A stretch of DNA of 64,000 bases, taken from contig OZ287080.1 of NCBI GenBank assembly GCA_965645245.1, positions 62,001-126,000 of the forward strand, given 5' to 3'. Position numbers and translations under genes: made by a program. Position 1 is the stretch's first letter. Each line of letters starts with the position of its first letter. Below the pieces are notes generated by a model that saw only the letters and a program-made list of their open reading frames with translations, did no database searches and was not told the origin of the DNA. Source of the stretch: Massalongia carnosa. Lineage: Eukaryota. Shown piece after piece: positions 32,703 to 45,000 of the stretch.

Positions 32703-35700
32703 TGTTGGATGTTAGATGATGAGACCACCATCATCATGGGCATCCATCATGAGCCTCGGGAGGTGCATTGCAAAGTGCCTAAACAAGCAGAGATGGGAGA
32801 CAAGGTCTGACCGTCAGGGGACAAGGTCTGACTGTCAGGAGGACAAGGTCTGACCGTCAGGGGGACAAGGTCTGACCGTCAGGGGGACAAGGTCTGACCG
32901 TCAGGGGGACAAGGTCTGACCTCCTAGATGTGACTGTTTTGTGACTGCTATATAAAGCAGACAAATAGCCCACATAGATAATCACCTTTAATGACAATCA
33001 TGCTACTATACATACAAAGTGAATTTATATTTCATAGGTTATGAGCCCGGCTTACTTCTGCTACGTCTGAAAAGCCTCTTCATTGATTGTCAACCAACTT
33101 ACCTCCATCCCTCCATCTACTCCATTCTATACTATATATATTCCCTACCTCCGTCCGCGCCAAAGTCAAAGCATCAGTCCATTCCACAGGGTCACTGCCC
33201 TATTCCTCATTTCATCTTCCTTGTAGCATCATGGCTAAAGGGGAGAGCCTATACACGTTCCTCAAACTGATGGGGAGCGGGAACTATAAGAAATGGTCCA
33301 GAGACATGGCCTTCGCCCTGCAGGAAGCGGAACTTTGGAGTTATGTTACTGGGGCCCGGAAAATACCTCGAGAGATTCCCTTTCCATCAAAGAGTTCTGA
33401 TGATGACGAAGTCTCTCTGGAAGAAACACCGGATCAGCTCGATAAGCGGGATCAACGGGACCTTGAACGACTGGAGTTCGAGGAAAAGCAAAGAAGAGTA
33501 GTAGGAAAGATAGGCAAGATGTGCACGGACGACGTGCAGCAAGAATTCTTTTCGATGAGGGACCTAGCCAACGGTGAGATCTGGAATCCCAAGGACCTCT
33601 GGGAGCATTTGAAGACCCGTTATACATTGAAGAACTGGAGTGCTAAGTGGAGCACCTTCAACCGGCTAGAGGAGATCAATTATGAAAAGTGCAAGACCAT
33701 TGAGGAGTACGGTAGCCTGGTCAGAGATATCAAGGCTGAGATCACCGACATTTCCCTCTCTGTCGAGCAAATAGTGGTGCTCAAGCTTCTCAACGGACTC
33801 GGTAGTTCATTCAGCACCTACCTGACCATCCTGAACGAACAGGCCCGGCGGGAGGATAAATTCCCTGCGCTGGATGGACTACTGAAGAACCTGGAGGACG
33901 AAGAAGCTCGCATGCGCCAGGACCCTGTTGCCATAGCTAAAATGCTGAAGGCAAAGAAAATTAAGAACCCCACTGAAGAGGGTGAGAGCAAATGTAAATA
34001 TTGTGGTTATAACCAGTCCGGGAATGCAGGCATAGCAACGCCACATGTAGGAAATGTGGTAAGACCGGCCACCTGGAACGCGTTTGCGAAGACAAAGGAG
34101 GTAATGAAACCTCGAAACCCCAAATAGTTTGTACAATAAGGGAATGTTCCGGGAAAAGAACCCAGGAAACACCGCTTATTTGTATGGCAAATCTATACCG
34201 AGGCCCCAAGAATGCCCACGATCTATTGATCGACTCCGGTGCCACCGCGCACATTATATGCAATAAAGATCTCTTTCAAGAAGGGACCTTTCGGAGCGAA
34301 AATAGCTGTTTAGAAACAGGTTCCGGAGAGGTGTTATCGACAGAGGGGAAAGGCTCTCTACTCGTATCACTGGACAATGGAAATGGAGGTGTAACGGACC
34401 TCATTTTAACCAACGTCCTTTTCGCCCCCGACCTAAAATTCAACCTCATCAGCAAAATTCAACCTCATCAGCACAATACAACGCGGCAAAAAGGGCATAT
34501 CAACGTACCTGATGGCGGATGACAATCCCGCTCAACAGGTGCATAAAGGAAAGGTGGTTGGACTGGTCAAAACAATAAATAATCAGTATGTTTTGCAGAC
34601 AACCACTATTAGCCCTACCGAAGCACGGGCCCTCACCACCACAAACGGTACAAAGACCCCTATCCAAATATGGCACGAACGACTCGGCCATCTCAGCTAC
34701 CCAAACCTCCTAAAATTAAATCATTTAGCCAATGGAGTCACCATCGAAGGACCCATACCAGAAGAAGTATGCGGCTCATGCATGATGGGAAGACAACAGC
34801 GGAAAATAAATCGCACTCCACGAACCCGAACAACAGAATTTCTCGGAATAGTGCATAGCGACTTAGGGGGACCATTTCCACTGACAAGGTTCGGTGAACG
34901 TTTTTATGCTACGATGAAAGACGACTTCTCCGGGGTAGTGTGGATCTACTTGCTGAAAACAAAGGGTCAAACCATCGAATGTTTTAAGCAGTTCAAGACA
35001 TGGATAGAAAATCAATCGGGAAAGAAATAAAGAGACTCCGAGCTGATAGAGGAGGGGAGTACACCAGTGGTGACTTCCAGGAATTCCTAAAGAGTGAAGA
35101 CATCTAGTGGGAGGCCCGGGCACCAAATGTGCCAGAACAGAATGGGAAGGCCGAAAGGCAAAATTATACCCTCATGGTTCCCACTCGGTCCATGATGAAG
35201 GCTAAAAAGCTCCCAAAGTCCCTTTGGGGGGAGGTACTGAAGACGGCCGGGAACATCAAGAATAGAATTCCCGGGGTTGACGAGGTCACTCCATATGAAA
35301 GCATGAATAATGCGAAACCCTTCCTCGGCCACATGAGAACGGTCGGGGCTAGGACGTGGGTACATATCCCAAAAGAGAAGCGCAAGAAGCTGGACGATAG
35401 GTCCTGGCAGGGGATATTTGTTGGGTATGAAGGAAACAATCAGTATCGAATTTACGATCCTCTCACTGGAAAAGTCCATGTTTGTCGCGATATCACTGTC
35501 GACGAAGGCAATATATATGATTCCAAGGACAAAAAGGCCTGGGACCTAGCCGACATTCCATGGGAGGGAGACGATGATGCTTTGTTTGATGACCCAGATG
35601 ATTTTGTTGATGAAAACAAAAGTCATAATCCGCCATCTTCGTTGTCTCCGAAAACTCCGAGCTCTGAAATATCGAGAAGTTCGGAATTTCAAAATGAAAC

Positions 35701-37736
35701 GGCCCCACCAGCACCACGGATAGTGCTACATCCAATGGGAGTAAATGCTTCGGGGGAGGCCGAGAAGAGGAGAATGGGGGGGAGAGTGACTCCGATGAAG
35801 TGGAGGACATTCCTCGCCAGCCCATCGAACCTCGAAGATCTGGACGAATAAGGGTCCCCAGTCAAAGAGCACTGGAGAACATTCGTCCCAGCATCAACAC
35901 CGTATTCAGTTCAAACCAGGTCCCGAAATCCCATGAGCACATGGTGCGGGTGCTAGCAACCCTGGCAGGAGGCGAGGACAATGAGGGCCTCGATGATCTT
36001 TTGACACTGAAAGAGGCTATGTCCTCACCCCACTGGGATCAATGGAGAAAGGCCATGGAGACCGAGTATCAATCGCTAGTGGAGAATGAAACTTGGACAC
36101 TAGAAAGGGCACCGACTGATCGAAAGGTGATCACCGGTCGCTGGGTGTTCAAAATAAAGAAAGACAGAGATGGGAAAATACTGAAATACAAAGCGAGATG
36201 GGTAGTTCATGGCTATAAACAAAAGGAAGGCCTGGACTACCTCGACACCTTTGCCACAGTGGTAAAACCAGTCTCTTATAAGGCATTGATGGGAATCAGT
36301 GTAAAGAAGGGACTGTCCATTCAGCACATGGACGTGGTGACTGCTTTCCTGTATGGCTTCCTAGATGAAGCTATATATGTCATACAACCCACCTTGTTCG
36401 AAAAAGGGGAGAACAAGGTCTGCTTACTGCGAAAGGCCCTATATGGCCTAAAACAATCCCCTCGTGTATGGTACCAGACCCTGCAGGATTTTCTGCAAAA
36501 GATGGGGTTTAAACGAACATATTCTGATCATGGAGTCTTTGTATCGGACGATATCTTTATAGCGATTTACGTTGACGACCTTCTCATCTTCGGAAAAGAC
36601 ACCTCAAAATTGTAGCAATTGCAACACGAATTGAAGTCCCGTTTCCGCATGACGGACTTGGGAGAAGTCTCCCATTATCTGGGAATCGAAGTCGATGTCA
36701 ACATCGAAAAATCGGTTATAACTCTTCGACAAACAACCTACCTGAAGAAGGTGCTACAGCGATTTAATATGGTCGACTGCAGGCCCATTTCCACCCCCAT
36801 GGACCCCGGTGCCGGAAACACTCATGCCGTCGGATGACCAGGCCGACAAAGAAACAATTACCTGGTACCAGTCGGTGGTGGGCTCGCTGATGTGGCCAGC
36901 CATGCATACATGCCCCGACATCGCTTATGCAGTGGGAGTACTGAGTCGATATTGTTCGAACCCAGGCCCATTACACTGCAAATATCTTCAGCGCATTATG
37001 CGCTATATATCCAGTACCCTATATACAGGCCTCGTGTTTAGAAAAGACACCGAGGATGACATTGTGGGATACTCGGACTCCGATTATGCTGGAACGAAAG
37101 ATGGAAGAAAATCGACCGGGGCCTATACGTTTTTGTTAGCAGGCGCCCCAATTTTCCACTGTTCCAAGCTACAACCTACCGTCGCCCTATCCACCTGCGA
37201 GGCCGAATATATGGCCCTGACGGAAGCAGCTAAAGAGGCCATTTGGTGCGCGCGATTTCTGGCCGAGTTAGGATATCGGAAGGACACCCCTGTCCTATTT
37301 CGAGGGGACAATCAAGGGTCAATTGCATTGGCTGAAAACCCCGAATTCCACCGTCGAACAAGCACATCGAAATCAAATGGCATTGGATCAGGGACGTGGT
37401 TGAATTGGGAAGGGTAAGCATCAAGTTTATCCCTACCATAGAGATGGTGGCAGATGGGCTTACAAAGCCACTGGCCGCTAAACCCTTTGAGGACTTTAAG
37501 TCAATGCTTGGCATGGGCTAAACCCAAAGAGGCAAAAATATCCGGAGAGCCTCAAGATGGCTGAATGGGAGTGTTGGATGTTAGATGATGTGACCACCAT
37601 CATCAAGGGCATCCATCATGAGCCTCGGGAGGTGCCTTGCAAAGTGCCTAAACAAGCAGAGATGGGAGACATGGTCTGAGCGTCAGGGGGACAAGGTCTG
37701 ACCGTCAGGAGGACAAGGTCTGACCGTCAGGGGGAC
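32703..37736 (+). mobile_element. Ty1/copia LTR retrotransposon (family C), pseudogenised, 3' LTR truncated
   Basis: 5' LTR 32703-33036 with about 22-bp tandem repeats GACAAGGTCTGACCGTCAGGGG, PBS GGTTATGAGCCCGG, PPT GAATGGGAG. The 3' LTR starts at 37572 and is cut at 37736. Confidence 0.92.
33230..37521 (+). pseudogene. Copia C gag-pol polyprotein with multiple frameshifts and stops
   Basis: MAKGESLY..., LIDSGATAHI, WHERLGH, VHSDLGGP, YKARWVVHG, IYVDDLLI and GYSDSDYA appear in successive frames. There is a 19-bp duplication at about 34435 and a TAG at 36613. Confidence 0.88.
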
Positions 37737-38058
37737 CGAGGTGCTTAGGGACAGTCCTAGGGCTCAAGTGAGAAAGGAAACGGCGATGAGAAAGGTGGCC
37801 AAAACCATGAAGCCTAGAAAAGATGATGTATCGCAATTGGATTGGCTGACGAGTTTTTGGAGTTGAAGTCATCGCAATAGGTAGATTTGTAGGTGTTGAA
37901 TACACTTAGTCAGTAATAGCAACATTATTAATACGTAGTGTAACTGCTAGCTTGTACGCACCATGGATGAGTAGTAAAATGGCTGCTTACTAGTAAAGAT
38001 TTACACAGAGGGGGGGGGGGGGGGGACGGTCGGGGGGGGACTGTCCCTAAGCATCTCG
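37737..38058 (+). mobile_element. 322-bp MULE-derived MITE
   Basis: Ends CGAGGTGCTTAGGGACAGTCC and GGACTGTCCCTAAGCATCTCG are inverted. The interior encodes RKVAKTMKPRKD, the extreme C-terminus of the MULE transposases. No TSD. Confidence 0.75.
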
Positions 38059-39600
38059 TGCTTCGGTCGCATGATTGTGGATGGTGGGCCAGAGAACAAG
38101 GACCTTGTTGAAGACCTCGCTGCGCGATATGGTATTAAAAGAGTGTTGGTGTTTGCTTATCATCCGCAGGCTAATGCTATGGTGGAAAGAGGGCATAAGC
38201 CTTTCGTAGACGCATTAGCAAAGATGACCGATGGAGGTTTGGGAAATTGGGTTCAGAATCTAGCTGCAGTCTTATGGGCCGACCGTTCCACCGTCAAATC
38301 CACCACTGGGCTATCTCCATACTATGTCTTATGCGGAAGCGAACCAGTGTTGCCAATCGAGCTGGAAATTCCAATATGGCGCATCCTGCCCTAGAATGAA
38401 GTACACACCACTGAAGAATTGCTAGCCATGCGGGCTCGCCAAATCCAAAGGCGCGTTGAAGACCTTGAGGAAGCTATACTCCACCTTCAACGTAGGAGAA
38501 TGGATGGGAAGGAGGATTTTGATGACACTCACCAAATTAGAGTCGCCGAGTTGGAGAAAGGGGATCTTATCTTACTCCATGACACAAAAAGAGATGCAGT
38601 TATGTCCACCGCTGTCAAGCTAGCATATCGCTGGCTAGGGCCTTATAGAAGTCATGAAGCTATACCGTAGATGGGTACTTATCGGCTCGAGGAACTTGAT
38701 GGAGTTATCATGGCCAAAACTTTTGCATGCAATCGATTGAAGAAGTTTCACCCTCGCCAAAATCTCAGCGAAGGAGTCACGCCTGACTTCAACATGGCGG
38801 ATGAAACTGAAGTAGGCGCAGACCCTCGACAATTAGCTATTCTCGAAGGCTGGCCACTGGCAGTAATGGTACATCCGGTCACACATGCGCCGTGACTGTA
38901 TAGCAAGAAGCAAGAATAAGCCGCTCTTTATCATTTTTATTGTTGTTCCTATGACACGCTCGTTTGATTATATGATTTTCCTTCACTGGACTGATGAAGG
39001 GATGGCATTCACGTTACCTCAGTGCCTCCTATAAGAGATCCCTTTCAGCACTTCAAAACTTTCTCTTTTCCACGTTACACTTAACTTACCCACTAACTTC
39101 AATTTCCCGAATAGCTATCTTACTCTTTCTTTCTCTCTACGCTCCCTACAAAGGCTTTCCACACCACTTGTTTTCCTGTCTTGGCTTTCTTCGAGTATGG
39201 TTCTGTAGGCATTTGTGCCGAGCATATGAACAGTTTAGCGGAACAGTTTGGGTTGGTACCAAGCAAGCCGGCGGTGCAGTCCCGTAGCCTAGCGACTTTA
39301 TGGGAGAGGCAAGAGAATGGTTGGAAAAGAATGACGCGGGAGTGGTTCGTGAGGGAAGAGTATGGGTTTGCTGGATTCCAAGCACTTAGCTATTTTTCAA
39401 GATGCAAGGAACGGCATCTTTCGGGGTCTGTGGTGGTTGTGGTGGGGTAGAAAGCGCGAGCTTTCGGGGGTTTGCTTGTTCCGTCCCGGAGGGTGGAAAA
39501 AGGATCATAAAGGGGGGGGTCAAACCTCAGGATAGCTCATCAAGACCTATCAACTGCCCCTCGAGCAGTGGTTTTTCCTTTTGTGTGTCCACCGTAGGCC
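38059..39600 (+). mobile_element. Degraded gypsy fragment: integrase core/C-terminus and downstream region; related to the 55736 element
   Basis: IVDGGPENK, AYHPQANAMVERGH, VLWADRSTV, VLPIELEIP and RWLGPY match 62311..63327, with stops and frameshifts. The right boundary is approximate. Confidence 0.8.
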
Positions 39601-39689
39601 CTCCGTGCCTAGTTCAGAGCCGCGCTGCCTACTCCTCTGCTACCTCTACGTGCCCCAGGTCATCAGATTCGCACTTCCACCCACTACCC

Positions 39690-40282
39690 CTCTTCATCAT
39701 CCTTCGTTCTTTTTCTTTGACTGCCATCATGGCCTGACTCATGGTCTGTTGCGCTTGACTTTGCACGCTAATTCCAACTCTCGCATTCGTTCTGGACGCC
39801 GATCCTGCATTAACTATCTCTATAAAATGTGATCCTTGACCATGAACGAAAAACCGCTGACATATGACGATCCGCCATGGCTTGGGAGTCGGATTTGATG
39901 CGAATATCTTACTGGGTCTTCCCCTTCGCGCTTGCGCCGACCATCTATGCTTTTGCTTGCTATGCATTCTCATGCTGTCTTCATTGCGACAAATGTATTG
40001 AAATCTAATCGGTTCAATTTCACATAATAATCCATCGGAATACACGGGCAATATACGGACGGGACTATCGATTCGAATGGGCATGTATAATTCAACGGAA
40101 TATTGAATCAAATAGGGCCATGATTGCGCTGTCTCCGCGATAGGTGCGGCTTCCCTGCTTTTCATTCGATGCTGCGGGCCTTGAAAATAGGACTGCACCT
40201 GAGCGGGCCAAATTGCGTGTTGGAATTTGCGACACACGATCATTCGCCACTCTCTCAAAAGTTAAATAGGTAATACCCTCAT
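39690..40282 (-). pseudogene. N-terminal fragment of a DUF3505/OrsD-like zinc-finger protein
   Basis: IVCRKFQHAIWPAQVQSYFQGPQH (degenerate C..C...H....H), LPVYSDGLLC....YICR....MRMH....H.W and WR.V.CQRFF..G.GS.FIE. This is the recognisable DUF3505 pattern. It has an early stop and is 3'-truncated. Confidence 0.7.
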
Positions 40283-42026
40283 TATGATGATGAGAATAAT
40301 TGCGAATTCGGGGTTGACGATATGTGAGTTCTCGCTTATCCGCGAACTGCGCGCAAGCGGGATCTCATGTTCCATGGAGTTGAATTGTTTTATTGCATTT
40401 ACTACTTCATATTAATGCGACAACGTTAGCTCTTGCAGATTCGGAATCGCCGCATGAAACTGTACAATTTATATATTCAATATGTCTCGCGGTACTCATC
40501 ATCTGCTGATGTTGAGCGGCGGCAAGGTTTGATGTTCCAGTACTTTCTCCGCTCATAAGCTCCTCAAAAGCTCCTCCAACACCCTTTGCGCCGCGATTTT
40601 TCTAAAATCACCAAATAATCGAACTTTTTCTGTTGAAACATATGTTTTAATTTCGAAGCAGGGCTATCAATGGCCACCCTAATCAAGTAAATCGGCCCAG
40701 GGCGCGAAATGGCACCCTACCCTAACCGTTATATTCCACCGTACTTACGGATAGAGTACAGATAGTTAGAACTGCATGCGACCGATAATTTATAGAAGAA
40801 AAATACTTCAATAAATCACAACTATATGAATTCTGCATGAAACTACTTGATTACAAACTTTGTTGTGATCTAGGAAGCATTCTCCAAAATATTCACATAC
40901 AAAGTTTTTAATCATATGCTTTATATGACTGCGTACAGCAACTGCAAGCAAAACACTTCTGCTTTCCACTGGAAGCCTGCGGCTTTCCGTTCGGAAAATG
41001 TTTTTCCTGCTCCGTAGGCCAATCGGAACAGTTCCCTGAATGGAAACCTGCAGGTTTCCAGAGAATACTATGGTTAGGATTAGTTGTTATCACGTTCTAG
41101 ACTGCTTACAGATCAAACACCTGTCGAGGCCGCGGTGGTAGATTGCTATGGAGTGTAAGGCGAACTCCTGTGGACACTAATCGTCGGCTCGCTTACTTCC
41201 GGGATCCGACTTGAAAAAATGTCGACCGCATTTTAGTCGGGGAAAGCGGTTGCATCCCCCCAAATTCAAATTTCTTCATCTTTTTGATCATTGACCAACA
41301 ACCACATTGATTAAAAATCAGCGGATACAGTACATAGCTTGAAAATCATCGCCGTCATCATCACCGTCGTCAAAATCATTTCCCTTGACTCCCCTGACCC
41401 CCTGAGCCTCGTGATTCTCCGCTTACTCCGCATACCCCGCATACCCCGCATTCTAACAATCATTCGCATCTCCTGGTTGAAAAGATGCTTCCGAATCGAA
41501 TTCTTTCAATGATTCTTCCAAATCGAAAGATATGGAATCATCTCGTAGCCATGTTTCTCCTTCTGGAAGATCTGGAAGGATTGAATTATCTCCATGACCA
41601 GTGCTATCTACGATAAACGTGATATCTTCCTCATTGACATTGGCACGCGGATTCTTTCTAATTTTCTTCTTCGCTTCCTCAGCTATCCATACCTAATTCG
41701 TGGCCTTCTATAATGCCTCGGGGTCAGGAATCTTCTCATACATCTTAATTGGAATGGGACCGAGCATTTTCTGCATTTCTTTCAGCTGTTTAACTCGATA
41801 TCTTTCTGCTTTTCGAACAGCCAATCCCTTGACATGCATTTCGTCTCTTTCTATTCGTCATAGCTTCATGAAGCTATTATTCGCTCGTTTCTCCTCAGCC
41901 TCAGGATCCTGTTGTAGTCTGATGGCTATAGCCTGCTTTACATCTTCCGCTGTGATTCCCAATCTTCCGGATTCTGGTCTCAGATGTTTACGAGACATTC
42001 GTCTGTTATTTAACTGACTTCTTCTT

Positions 42027-45000
42027 TGAGGAATAGTAAAATTCACGTGTAGGTATAATAGCATGATTGTCATTGAAGGTATGGATTATATGTGAGCTAT
42101 CTACTTCATTATATAGCAGTCACATTGGAGACCTTTCGGCGACCCTTTTCATAAGGAGTCAGCCGGTCCACTGAATCTCGGTCCCCGGAGGGCATCTCGG
42201 CCCCCGGAGGTCATCTCGGTCCCCGTGGTAGAGTCGCCGAAGATAAGCACTAGATGAATGCCCATGATGGTAGCCCCTACCATCTGACACTCCCATTCAA
42301 TCATCTTGAGACTATTCGAATATTACCTCTTTGAGCTTAGTTCATGCCAAGCATTAACTTAAAGTCCTCAAAGGGTTTAGCGGCCAGTGGCTTCGTAAGC
42401 CTATCTGCCACCATCTCTTTGGTCGAGATAAATTTGATTTTTATCTTTCCCAATTCAAGCACCTCCCGTATCCAATGCCATTTGATTTCAATGTGCTTGG
42501 TGCGACGGTGAAACTCCGGGTTTCGGCCAGTGCAATTGACCCTTGATTGTCCCCTCGAAGTAGGACTGGGTGGCCCTTCTTCCGGTATCCCAGCTCGGTC
42601 AGAAATCGTGCACACCAAATGGCCTCTTTAGCTGCTTCTGTTAGGGCCATATATTCGGCCTCGCAGGTGGATAGGGCGACGGTAGGTTGTAGCTTGGAAC
42701 AGTGAGAAATCGGGGCGCCTGCTAACAAAAATGTATAGGCCCCTGTCGATTTTCTTCCATCTTTCGTTCCAGCATAGTCGGAGTCCGAGTACCCCACAAT
42801 GTCATCCTCGGTATCTTTTCTAAACACGAGGCCTGCATTTAGGGTACTGGAGATATAGCGCATAATGCGCTGAAGATATTTGCAGTGTAATGGGCCTGGG
42901 TTCGAACAATATCGACTCAGTACTCCCACTGCATAAGCGATGTCGGGGCGTGTATGCATGGCTGGCCACATGAGCGAGCCTACCACCGACTGGTACCAGG
43001 TAATTGTTTTCTTGTCGGCCTGGTCTTCCGACGGCATGAGTGTGTTTCCGGCACCGGGGTCCATGGGGGTGGAAATAGGTCTGCAGTCGACCATATTAAA
43101 TCGCTGCAGTATCTTCTTCAGATAAGTTGTTTGTCGGAGAGTTATAATCGATTTTTCGGTGTTGACGTTCACCTCAATTCCCAAATAATGGGACACTTCT
43201 CCCAAGTCCGTCATGCGGAAACGAGACTTCAATTCGTGTTGCAGTTGCTGCAATTTTGAAGTATCTTTGCCGAAGATGAGGAGGTCGTCGACGTAAATCG
43301 CTATAAACATATCGTCCGATACAAAAACTCCATGGTCCGAATATGTCCGTTTAAACCCCATCTTTTGCAGAAAATCCTGCAAGGTCTGGTACCATACACG
43401 AGGGGATTGTTTTAGGCCATATAGGGCCTTTCGTAGTAAGCAGACCTTGTCCTCCCCTTTTTCGAACAAGGTGGGTTGTATGACATAAATAGCTTCATCT
43501 AGGAAGCCATATAGGAAAGCAGTCACCACATCCATGTGGTGAATGGAAAGCCCCTTTTTAACACTGATTCCCATCAATGCTTTGTAGGAGACTGGTTTTA
43601 CCACTGTAGCAAAGGTGTCGAGGTAGTCCAGGCCTTCCTTTTGTTTATAGCCGTGAACTACCCATCTTGCTTTGTACTTTAGTACTTTCCCATTTCTGTC
43701 TTTCTTTAGTTTGAACACCCAGCGACCGGTGATCACCTTTCGATCACTCGGTGCTTTTTCTAGTGTCCATGTTTCATTCTCCACTAGGGATTGGTATTCG
43801 GCCTCCATGGCCTTTTTCTATTGTTCCCAGTGGGGTGAGGACATTGCCTCTTTCAGTGTCAGAGGTTCATCGAGGCCTTCTGTGTCCTCGCCTCTTGCCA
43901 GGGTGATTAGCACTCGTACCATATGTTTATGGGATTCTGGCACCTGGTTTGACCTGAATATATTTATGCTGGGACGGGAGTTCTCCAGTGACTTTTGACT
44001 GGGAACTCTTAATCGCCCAGATCTTCGAGGTTCGATGAGGGGTGAAGGAATTTCTTCCGTTTCACTTGGATCATCCTCCCCCTCACTCTCCTCGGCTTGG
44101 CCTCCCCCCGACGCATTTACTCCCATTGGATGAAGCATTATTCGTGGAGTTGATGGGGCCGATACCTGTTGGTCTTCCGAACTTCTCGATATTTTGGAGT
44201 TCGGGTTTATCGGAGATAACGAATTTGGGATTTCGACTTCATTTTCGACAAAGTCGTCCGGATCATCAAATAAACCATCATCACTCTTCTCCCATGGAAT
44301 GTCGGCTAGGTCCCAGGCCTTTTTGTCCTTGGGATCATATATATTGCCTTCGTCGACGGTGATATCGCGACAAACATGGACTTTTCCAGTGAGAGGATCG
44401 TAGATTCGATACTGATTGTTTCCATCATACCCGACAAATATTCCTTGCCAGGAACGATCATCCAATTTCTTTCGTTTCTCCTTTGGGATATGTACCCACG
44501 TCCTTGCCCCGACCGTTCTCATATGGCCGAGGAAGGGTTTCGCATTGTTCATGCGTTCATATGGAGTGACCTCGTCGACCCCGGGACTTCTATTTTTGAT
44601 GTACCCAGCAGTCTTCAGGACTTCCCCCCAAAGAGACTTTGGAAGTCTCTTTGCTTTCAACATGAACCGGGTAGGGACCATGAGAGTATAGTTCTGTCTT
44701 TCGGCTTTTCCGTTTTGCTCGGGCACATTCGGTGCCCTGGCTTCCCATTGAATGCCTTCCTTTTTTAGGAAATTCTGGAAGTCTCCACCCGTGTACTCTC
44801 CTCCTCCATCAGCTCGAAGGCGCTTTATTTTCTTTCCTGATTGATTTTCTATCCATGCTTTGAACTCTTTGAAAATTTCAAAGGTCTGACCCTTTGTTTT
44901 CAGCAAATAAACCCACACTACTCCGGAGAAATCGTCTTTTATTGTAGCATAAAAACGTTTACCGAACCTTGTCAGTGGGAATGGTCCCCCCAAATCGCTA

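Noticed and set aside
43818..43820. Programmed stop read-through in copia B (likewise the TAG at 62293 in gypsy pol)
   Set aside because: Related copies have TGG at the copia position, and the gypsy stop lies inside integrase. Both are best read as point mutations.
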